From an uncultured Alphaproteobacteria bacterium (lineage in GTDB: Bacteria > Pseudomonadota > Alphaproteobacteria > HIMB59 > GCA-002718135), in assembly GCA_902515745.1 (NCBI GenBank), contig CABXWB010000002.1:6515-70514 (forward strand): 64,000 bases of DNA, in the 5' to 3' direction. The notes under the pieces are model-generated. The model was not told the origin of the DNA. It made no database searches and saw nothing but the letters and a program-made list of their open reading frames with translations. The position numbers and the translations under genes are program-made. Positions 49,578-57,030 of the stretch are shown one piece after another (within the stretch, counting starts at the first letter, position 1; each line of letters begins with the position of its first letter).

Positions 49578-50779
49578 CAAATAATATTTATCAGTTTTTT
49601 TTCATTTATTTATATTCAATAATTACGCTATTTTTATTAGCTGTAATTGGAGATTTTGTTTCAATATCAATTTTTCTATCAAAAAATATATTTATTTATA
49701 AAAATATTTTTCTATATTGTTTCCTCTATGCAGTTTGTTTTTTTGCAATACGAATTATAATTACCAATCAAGTCTCTAACATTTTTATTTTTATAATATC
49801 TTTAGCTTTATCGTATTTTCTTCTTATTAATAAAGAAATTAATGCCTATCAATTATTAATTATTATATCAGTGTTTATTGTTTTTAATCTACTGTTACAA
49901 AAATATTTTACAGCTAAAAATTTTAGTAATTTTTTATTTGAAGTTTCTTTTTTAAAATTTCTTAAAACAAATAGTTTAATATTTTTTTCTTTTATAATTA
50001 TTTTTCCTTTTTATTTAATGTTTGTATCAAGCTTAAAAAGCCAAATGGTTTTGTTACAAAACCCAACTGATTTAAGTATTCCATTTTTTTATTCAATATC
50101 AGATTTTTTTTCTAGTTATATTGCTGTTATCACTCAATACAACTTTTTAAATTTTGCTTTAAACAGCACTATTGTCTCATTTGTAACTGTTTTCGTCAGT
50201 TTGTTTTTTTCTATTCCAGGTGCATATGCAGTTGCACGCTTAAGATTTGCAGGAAGATCGAAAATATCATCATCTATTTTAATAATATATATGGTTCCAG
50301 CTATAGTACTTGTAATTCCACTTTATGTTATATTCAGTCAGCTTGGTTTTAGAAATAGCTTGTTTAGTCTAATGATTGTTTATCCGGCAACAACTATTCC
50401 TGTTGCACTTTACATGTTGCAAGGATATTTCAAAGGTATCCCATATGAACTAGAAGAGTCTGCTCTTATTGATGGGTGTTCTCGTGTTGGGGTCATCTTA
50501 AGAATTACATTACCTTTAAGTGTCCCGGCTATTTTGTCTGTTTCATTGTACGTATTTATGATTGCTTGGAATGAATTCTTATTTGCTTTTATGTTTTTAG
50601 ATAATCAAGAATATTTTACTATACCAAGAGGTCTTTATACTCAACTTGATGATCAAGAGGTACCGAGACAATATTTAATGGCTGGATCAGTAATGATAAC
50701 CGTGCCTGTACTCTTACTATTTTTTATTTTTGAAAGATACTTAGTAGGAGGTTTAACTGCAGGAAGCGTTAAAGGCTAA
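49574..50779 (+). CDS. Carbohydrate ABC transporter permease (MalG type) with ~125-aa four-TM N-terminal extension
   Basis: 401 aa. The canonical MalG core starts near KTNSLIFFSFIIIFPFYLMFVSSLK. EAA loop YELEESALIDGCSRVGVILRITLP. The start is an ATGA overlap with the upstream gene. There is no alternative start codon before the core. Confidence 0.88.
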   Translation: MTNNIYQFFFIYLYSIITLFLLAVIGDFVSISIFLSKNIFIYKNIFLYCFLYAVCFFAIRIIITNQVSNIFIFIISLALSYFLLINKEINAYQLLIIISVFIVFNLLLQKYFTAKNFSNFLFEVSFLKFLKTNSLIFFSFIIIFPFYLMFVSSLKSQMVLLQNPTDLSIPFFYSISDFFSSYIAVITQYNFLNFALNSTIVSFVTVFVSLFFSIPGAYAVARLRFAGRSKISSSILIIYMVPAIVLVIPLYVIFSQLGFRNSLFSLMIVYPATTIPVALYMLQGYFKGIPYELEESALIDGCSRVGVILRITLPLSVPAILSVSLYVFMIAWNEFLFAFMFLDNQEYFTIPRGLYTQLDDQEVPRQYLMAGSVMITVPVLLLFFIFERYLVGGLTAGSVKG

Positions 50780-50837
50780 TCAAGTAAATAATGAATGATT
50801 TGAGTAAATAATTTGCTTATGCTAATATTATATAAGT

Positions 50838-50912
50838 GCTGATATAGTATAATGGTTATTACAGGCCGTTGGTAACGGTCAGATTCAAGTTCGATTCTCG
50901 GTATCAGCACCA
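50838..50912 (+). tRNA. tRNA-Thr (anticodon GGU)
   Basis: GCTGATATAGTATAATGGTTATTACAGGCCGTTGGTAACGGTCAGATTCAAGTTCGATTCTCGGTATCAGCACCA. The acceptor GCTGATA/TATCAGC is perfect. Anticodon stem is GGCCG/CGGTC and the loop TTGGTAA gives GGT. The T-loop is TTCGATT. The T-stem has one A-C mismatch and one U-G pair. Confidence 0.8.
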
Positions 50913-50917
50913 TGCAA

Positions 50918-51301
50918 ATGAAATATGTAATTATAATTCTAATTTTATCGATAAATTTTGAAATAATGGCCAAACAAATATCTGATTTTAATTGGGAGAA
51001 AAGAATAGTTATTATTTCATTTGAAAAAAAAGAGAATAAAATATTTCAATCTACTCAAAAATTTGTATCTGAAAATGAATGCTCAATAAACGATAGAAAT
51101 TTAAAATTTATATACTTTGAAAAATTCAAAAATAAAGAATTTGAAACACCAATTTTTCTTAATAAGTATGGAATATGGATAATTGGATACGATGGATCGA
51201 TTAAAGATTATAGTACAAATGAAAAAATTTTTTTACGCTTATTTAAATTGATTGATTCTATGCCTATGAGAAAAAGTGAAATGAAAAATGATCAATGTTA
51301 A
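50918..51301 (+). CDS. DUF4174 domain-containing secreted protein
   Basis: Signal peptide MKYVIIILILSINFEIMA. WEKRIVIISF, IGYDGSIKDY and LIDSMPMRKSEM match the DUF4174 pattern. The ORF is open from 50912, which would overlap the tRNA. Confidence 0.7.
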   Translation: MKYVIIILILSINFEIMAKQISDFNWEKRIVIISFEKKENKIFQSTQKFVSENECSINDRNLKFIYFEKFKNKEFETPIFLNKYGIWIIGYDGSIKDYSTNEKIFLRLFKLIDSMPMRKSEMKNDQC

Positions 51302-51699
51302 ATTTTTTTGAAATTTCTAAAGATAAAAAATAAATTTAAAATACTCAATATAGAAAAGAAAATTGCATTAGTTGCAATAATGTTTAGACTTGTTTCACCA
51401 GGACTATTCGTAAAAACATATCTCCAGAAATTTAATGATACTAAAACTTGAAAAATAAATATTAAAAAAATAAATGGTAGTTGTTTTTCTATCCCTCTGA
51501 ACATAATTATTATGTAAGCTAATACAAAAGTAACAAATATTATTCCTACAATTTCTGATAATCCTGCTACTGCATGATTAAAAAAACCTAAATTGTTTAT
51601 AGCAAATTCATCAGTAAATATTAAAAGTTGAATAGCGAAGTATGAAAAGAAAATAATATTTAGAATAATGATCAAAATATCTATATTTTTTTTGAACAT
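51298..51699 (-). CDS. Small integral membrane protein (4 TM), function unknown
   Basis: 133 aa, four clear hydrophobic segments. The long ORF fills the gap. No recognisable motif. Confidence 0.55.
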   Translation of the reverse strand: MFKKNIDILIIILNIIFFSYFAIQLLIFTDEFAINNLGFFNHAVAGLSEIVGIIFVTFVLAYIIIMFRGIEKQLPFIFLIFIFQVLVSLNFWRYVFTNSPGETSLNIIATNAIFFSILSILNLFFIFRNFKKI

Positions 51700-51734
51700 A
51701 TCTGTGTATCGTGTAATAAAATTAAATAATCAAC

Positions 51735-52391
51735 ATGGAAATCACATTATATTATTTTAAAATAGCTTTTTGGCGCGCTGAAATGACAAGATTGGCTTTG
51801 TATATTGGTGATATTCCTTTTAATAATTATATAATAGAAGGAAAAGATAGAGATAATTTTAAAAATTCAGGGATTCTTCCCAATAAAAAAATAGCTCCCT
51901 TTAGACAGCTTCCAGTTCTAGATGTAGATGGTAAAATTTTTGCTCAAACAGGTGCAATTGCACGATTTTGTGGCAAGTTATCAGGATTGTATCCAAAAGA
52001 TGATGATCTTGCAGCAGCTCGCATAGATCAAGTAATTGAAGTTGCTCAAGACATTAATTATTTATTTACATTATCAAGCAGAGACAAAGAAAAGGAAAAA
52101 TTAAAACTAGCTAGAAAAATCTTGGCCGCCAAACATCTACCAAAATATTTTAGTTTTCTAGAAAACTTAATTAAAGAAAATGATAACTCTTTATTTTTTG
52201 TGGGTGAAAACATCTCTATAGCAGATTTAGCTATATGGAGATTACTAGGTTGGTTTGAGTCAGGGATTATTGATGGAGTTCCAACAAATATATTAGAACC
52301 ATATGAAAATTTAAAAAAGATGAGAAATGAAATTTATAAACATCCAAAAGTAAATGATTGGATGATTAAATCATATGGGAAGGTTATATAA
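51735..52391 (+). CDS. Glutathione S-transferase (sigma/alpha-class-like)
   Basis: 218 aa. The N-terminal thioredoxin-like part has PFRQLPVLDVDGKIFAQTGAIARFCG, and the C-terminal helical domain has FFVGENISIADLAIWRLLGW. Confidence 0.85.
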   Translation: MEITLYYFKIAFWRAEMTRLALYIGDIPFNNYIIEGKDRDNFKNSGILPNKKIAPFRQLPVLDVDGKIFAQTGAIARFCGKLSGLYPKDDDLAAARIDQVIEVAQDINYLFTLSSRDKEKEKLKLARKILAAKHLPKYFSFLENLIKENDNSLFFVGENISIADLAIWRLLGWFESGIIDGVPTNILEPYENLKKMRNEIYKHPKVNDWMIKSYGKVI

Positions 52392-52400
52392 TTTAAAAAT

Positions 52401-53135
52401 ATGACAGCCTTAAGTGTTAATGTAAACAAGTTTGCTTTAGTAAGAAATGCAAGAGGTGCTGATTTACCAAACTTGATTGATATTAGTAATAAATGCTTAA
52501 ACTATGGTGCAGATGGTATTACGGTCCACCCTCGTCCGGATGAAAGACATGCAAAATTTTCTGACCTAGAACCATTAAAAAATTTATTGGAAAAATTTGA
52601 AAATAAAGAATTTAATATAGAAGGATATCCATCAGATTTTTTTGTTAAAAAAGTAATTGAGGTTAAACCAGATCAAGTCACATTAGTGCCAGATCCACCT
52701 GGTGCATTGACCTCTTCATTTGGTTGGGATTGTAACGAAAATAAAGAATTTCTTCGAGATATTGTTAATGAATTTAAAAAAAATAAAATTCGTGTTTCAA
52801 TCTTTATAAATCCATCGACTGAAACACTCGAAAATTTAGGAGTCATACAAACGGATAGAGTTGAGCTCTATACATATGATTATGCTCATAATTTTCAAAA
52901 GAATAAAGATGACTCTATAAAGCCCTATGTAGACGTATCAACATATTTAAAAAAAGAATTTCCTGGAATAAAATTAAATGCGGGCCACGATTTAAATTTA
53001 GAAAATTTAAAATTTTTCTTGGAAAATATAAATGATATTGAAGAAGTTTCTATAGGTCATGCTTTAATTTGTGATACATTTGAATTTGGCTTAGAGAAAA
53101 CAATTAAAAAATATTTATCTTTAACAAAAAATTAA
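52401..53135 (+). CDS. pdxJ: Pyridoxine 5-prime-phosphate synthase
   Basis: 244 aa. LSVNVNKFALVRNARG, ITVHPRPDERH, VTLVPD, and the C-terminal EVSIGHALI. Confidence 0.93.
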   Translation: MTALSVNVNKFALVRNARGADLPNLIDISNKCLNYGADGITVHPRPDERHAKFSDLEPLKNLLEKFENKEFNIEGYPSDFFVKKVIEVKPDQVTLVPDPPGALTSSFGWDCNENKEFLRDIVNEFKKNKIRVSIFINPSTETLENLGVIQTDRVELYTYDYAHNFQKNKDDSIKPYVDVSTYLKKEFPGIKLNAGHDLNLENLKFFLENINDIEEVSIGHALICDTFEFGLEKTIKKYLSLTKN

Positions 53136-53744
53136 ATGACTTTTATTTTTTGGCTTCAATTTGCCTTCGTATGTATTGCTGGAGCAATGTCTCCTGGACC
53201 TAGCTTAGCATTAATTATAAGAAACAGTGTTACTGTTAATAGATTTGCTGGCATTCTGACTTCTGTTGGTCACGGAATTGGTATGGGTGTTTACGCAATT
53301 TTTGCAGTGACTGGGCTCATAATTATTTTAACAACGAATGAAATGCTATTTCAATTTATACAAATTATTGGAATTCTATTTTTATTATTTATAGGTTTGC
53401 AATTTCTTTTCAAAAAAAATCAAGAAATTGAACATATAAATAATCAAAAAAATATTAATTCATTCTTACAAGGTTTTTCTATAGCAATTTTAAACCCTAA
53501 AATTCTCATATGGTTTTCAGCAGTATTCTCACAATTTGTAAAAATAGATGCTTCCTTTTTTTCGCACTCAATTCTTGTAATTACTGCATCTGTTATAGAT
53601 GGAATTTGGTATATTATAGTTACAGTTGTAGTAACAAGTTATGGAATGGGTGATTTTTTCCAAAGAAGAAAAAATATTATTCAAAAAGTATCAGGATTAA
53701 TTTTAATCTTAATTGGTGTTTTGCTAATTATCGATTTCTTCTAA
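53136..53744 (+). CDS. LysE/RhtB-family amino-acid exporter
   Basis: 202 aa, 5-6 TM. N-terminal MSPGPSLALIIRNS motif and NPKILIWF. Confidence 0.88.
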   Translation: MTFIFWLQFAFVCIAGAMSPGPSLALIIRNSVTVNRFAGILTSVGHGIGMGVYAIFAVTGLIIILTTNEMLFQFIQIIGILFLLFIGLQFLFKKNQEIEHINNQKNINSFLQGFSIAILNPKILIWFSAVFSQFVKIDASFFSHSILVITASVIDGIWYIIVTVVVTSYGMGDFFQRRKNIIQKVSGLILILIGVLLIIDFF

Positions 53745-54806
53745 AACTCTTAAGATATTTTTTCCCATAATTTTTTCAATTTCGGTATTTTTATATCCTC
53801 TTTTTTCTAAACTTTCTTGAATTATCATGTGATCTAAACAATCATTCCATTTATTTGGCAAACAATCAAGGCCGTCATAATCACTACCTACTCCGACATA
53901 ATCAATACCAATTTTATTAATTACATACTCAATATGATCAACAAATACTTCTATACTTGGACATATGTCTGATAATTTTTTTTGAAGAAAATGTTGTTTT
54001 GCTATCCACTGAGAAGTTTTGTTAGAATATTTTCTTTCAATAGAATTTAATTCATCAAGATATTTTTTTCTTTCTTTAGTTTCTCTCTCTTTAAAAGATT
54101 TATCAATAAAAAAAGGATACGGATTAAGACCAATCAAACCTTTTACTTTTTTGATTGCTTCAATTTGATCATCTTTTAAATTACGAAAATGAGGACACAA
54201 ATTATACACGCTAGAATGTGAAGCTATAAAAGGTATGGTACTTATTGATGCAATATCCCAAAAACTTTTCTCTCCAATGTGCGAAACGTCAATTAGCACA
54301 TTATTATCTTGGCAAATATAAATAACTTCTTTCCCAAATTCGTTTAAACCATGACTTTTAAGTTTTGAAGAATTGTATGTCTCATCATAATTTGATGAAA
54401 CCCATTCCAAAGAATGATTCCAAGTTGGGCCAAAATAGAAAAGACCTCTTTCTATAAAATGATATAAATTATTTATATCATTTTCTAAACCCTCCCCACC
54501 TTCCATTGAAATTGGAAGCATTAACTTATTATTATTAATCGCCTCATTTATGTCTGAGAGTTTTTTTGGAATGACAATTTCTTCGTGTGATGAAATTCTT
54601 TCAATCTCATCATACATTTTATCAGCTCTTTTAAAAAAATTTGGTTCATTAGAACTACTTGAGACCCAAATAATTAAAATTTCTAAATCAATTTCAGATT
54701 TTAATAATCTTTGTATGTCCGTATGCCCATGCGATGTAAGTTTTATAACATCTTCACCTTCGATAACTCTTTGCACAAGATCATTATGCAAGTCAGCTAC
54801 AAACAT
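53724..54806 (-). CDS. Membrane dipeptidase (peptidase family M19)
   Basis: 360 aa. N-terminal DLHNDL, DVSH, ASHSS, and GVGSDYDG metal-ligand contexts. Confidence 0.88.
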   Translation of the reverse strand: MFVADLHNDLVQRVIEGEDVIKLTSHGHTDIQRLLKSEIDLEILIIWVSSSSNEPNFFKRADKMYDEIERISSHEEIVIPKKLSDINEAINNNKLMLPISMEGGEGLENDINNLYHFIERGLFYFGPTWNHSLEWVSSNYDETYNSSKLKSHGLNEFGKEVIYICQDNNVLIDVSHIGEKSFWDIASISTIPFIASHSSVYNLCPHFRNLKDDQIEAIKKVKGLIGLNPYPFFIDKSFKERETKERKKYLDELNSIERKYSNKTSQWIAKQHFLQKKLSDICPSIEVFVDHIEYVINKIGIDYVGVGSDYDGLDCLPNKWNDCLDHMIIQESLEKRGYKNTEIEKIMGKNILRVLEEIDN

Positions 54807-54810
54807 TTAA

Positions 54811-55377
54811 TTATTTAATAATCTCCATCTTTATTATTTTATCTGGATCTGCAGGTGGTTCACCTCTTGTGATATTATCTACATATTCCATACCTTCGGT
54901 AACTTGAGCCCAAACAGTATATTGACCATCTAAAAAGGAACAGTCATTAAAACAAATAAAAAATTGACTGTTAGCACTATTTGGATTTTGAGCTCTGGCC
55001 ATTGACACGGCTCCTCTTCCGTGGTTTTCTGACGAAAATTCAGCCTCTATATCAGGAAGTTTTGAACCGCCGGTACCAGCCCTTGATAAGTTAAAACTAT
55101 CATTACTTGAATTTCCAAATTCTACATCTCCTGTCTGAGCCATAAAACCATCTATTACTCTATGAAAAACAACCCCATCATACTGTCCTTCTTCTATTAG
55201 TTGCTTGATTTGTTTAACATGTTTTGGTGCTACATCTGGTTTTGTCTCTATTACAACAACACCATCTTTAAGTGTCATATGGATAATATCTTTTTTTTCA
55301 TCAGCCATTAAAATCTCTCCTTTTAAAAATATTGAGAAAATGAAGATGAAAATAAATAGTTTTTTAAATTTAATCAT
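54811..55377 (-). CDS. Peptidyl-prolyl cis-trans isomerase (cyclophilin type), periplasmic
   Basis: FHRVIDGFMAQTGD, SMARAQNPNSANSQFFICF and YTVWAQVTEGMEYVD. The ORF opens at a GTG at 55398. The ATG at 55377 gives the signal peptide MIKFKKLFIFIFIFSIF. Confidence 0.92.
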   Translation of the reverse strand: MIKFKKLFIFIFIFSIFLKGEILMADEKKDIIHMTLKDGVVVIETKPDVAPKHVKQIKQLIEEGQYDGVVFHRVIDGFMAQTGDVEFGNSSNDSFNLSRAGTGGSKLPDIEAEFSSENHGRGAVSMARAQNPNSANSQFFICFNDCSFLDGQYTVWAQVTEGMEYVDNITRGEPPADPDKIIKMEIIK

Positions 55378-55421
55378 ATTTGTTTTCTTTACCTTCACCC
55401 AAATTGTTTTATATATAACTA

Positions 55422-55886
55422 ATGCACATCTTTGAAGAAAATATCAAGAAATTAGATTTAAATATTCCTGAAATGCCAACACCACTTGCAAATTACGTTC
55501 CTTATAAAGTTTCAGATAGTACCGTTTATGTATCAGGTCAAGGACCTGTAATAGATGGTAAAATTTTGTATAGCGGAAAAGTTGGTGTAGATATTTCTGA
55601 AGAAGAAGGAATAAAAGCCGCTGAAATTTGCTGCATTAACATTATCGCAGCTCTAAAAACATCAATAAATGGAGATTGGCATAGATTAGACACCTTTTTG
55701 AAACTTGGGGGTTTTGTCAATTGTAATGATAACTTTACTGATCAACCTAAAATCATAAATGGAGCATCAGATTTATTAGTTAGTATATTTGGTGATAAAG
55801 GAAGACATGCTCGGTTCGCAGTTGGATCAAATGCTCTTCCACTCAATATTTCTGTTGAAATAGACGCAATAATTAAAATTAAATAG
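55422..55886 (+). CDS. RidA/YjgF-family protein
   Basis: 154 aa. VYVSGQGP, and a C-terminal ARFAVGSNALPLNISVEIDAI typical of the YjgF fold. Confidence 0.82.
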   Translation: MHIFEENIKKLDLNIPEMPTPLANYVPYKVSDSTVYVSGQGPVIDGKILYSGKVGVDISEEEGIKAAEICCINIIAALKTSINGDWHRLDTFLKLGGFVNCNDNFTDQPKIINGASDLLVSIFGDKGRHARFAVGSNALPLNISVEIDAIIKIK

Positions 55887-55896
55887 CATACTCAAA

Positions 55897-57030
55897 ATGA
55901 GTGAACATTTTTTTTGCTCTTCGCTCAGTAACATCAAAAGATCTGAATGGAATAAATGTGTTGGAAATGATCATCCATTCTTACAATATGAATTTCTTCA
56001 CGCTTTAGAAAAAAGTAATAGTGCAAATACCAAAACAGGTTGGCAGCCATATCATTATATTGAAAAAGAAAATGATAAAATTATCTCATTATGTCCTCTT
56101 TATTTAAAGAACCATTCTTTTGGAGAATATATTTTTGATCATTCTTGGGCTGATGCTTATCATCGATATGGAATAAACTATTATCCAAAACTGCAATCTG
56201 CAATACCGTTTACGCCAGTAACTGGTGATAGAATTGTTTTAAACAAATCAGTTAAAGATAAAAAGGGAAAGCAAGTTCAGGTAATTAATAATATTATAGA
56301 AGAAGCAAAAAAAATAAATGTTTCTTCTCTCCATTTTAATTTTATCAATGATGCATCAAATTGGACTGGTATTGATAATATTATGGTTAGATCAGGAATA
56401 CAATTTCATTGGAACAATAATGAATACAAAAATTTTAATGAATTCTTAAATGACTTATCCTCAAGAAAAAGAAAAATTATTAGGCGAGAAAGACAATGTA
56501 TTGAAAATAATAATTTAACTGTAAAATTACTTAATGGAGATGAAATTAAAGAAGAGCATATAAATTTTTTTTACGATTGTTATTTAGATACAACAGGTAG
56601 AAAATGGGGTTCTACTTATTTAACTAAAGAATTTTTCTTTGATATATTACAGAATTTTAAAAATAAAATATTGCTTATAATGGCTTATCAAGAAAATAAA
56701 ATGGTTGCGTCTGCAATTAATTTTCTAAGTAAAACTCATTTGTATGGACGATTATGGGGATCAAAATATGAAGTACCATTTTTACATTTTGAACTCTGTT
56801 ATTATCAAGCAATTGAATACGCAATTCAAAATAAGATTCAAATTGTAGAAGCAGGTGCTCAAGGTGAGCATAAATTACAAAGAGGTTATGCACCTACAAA
56901 AACATGGAGTGCTCATTGGATTAAAGATAAAGAATTTAGCAAAGCTATCCAAAATTTTCTTGATAATGAAAGTCAGCTTATTGATAGCCAAAAAGAAAAA
57001 TTAGAAGATTATCTGCCTTTCAAAAATTAG
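55897..57030 (+). CDS. GNAT/FemAB-like protein of the DUF482 family
   Basis: 377 aa. HPFLQYEFLHALEKS, TGWQPYH, GEYIFDHSWADAY, GRLWGS and VEAGAQGEHKLQRGY match the conserved alphaproteobacterial DUF482 pattern. Confidence 0.75.
   Translation: MSEHFFCSSLSNIKRSEWNKCVGNDHPFLQYEFLHALEKSNSANTKTGWQPYHYIEKENDKIISLCPLYLKNHSFGEYIFDHSWADAYHRYGINYYPKLQSAIPFTPVTGDRIVLNKSVKDKKGKQVQVINNIIEEAKKINVSSLHFNFINDASNWTGIDNIMVRSGIQFHWNNNEYKNFNEFLNDLSSRKRKIIRRERQCIENNNLTVKLLNGDEIKEEHINFFYDCYLDTTGRKWGSTYLTKEFFFDILQNFKNKILLIMAYQENKMVASAINFLSKTHLYGRLWGSKYEVPFLHFELCYYQAIEYAIQNKIQIVEAGAQGEHKLQRGYAPTKTWSAHWIKDKEFSKAIQNFLDNESQLIDSQKEKLEDYLPFKN

Noticed and set aside
43738-50912. Accessory-looking block (GSTs, unknown paralogues, atypical ABC) ending at tRNA-Thr, considered as a tRNA-targeted integrated element.
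   Set aside because: There are no recombinase, phage or plasmid genes and no flanking repeats. The block lies 5-prime of the tRNA rather than at its 3-prime end. Its accessory nature cannot be judged without comparative genomes.
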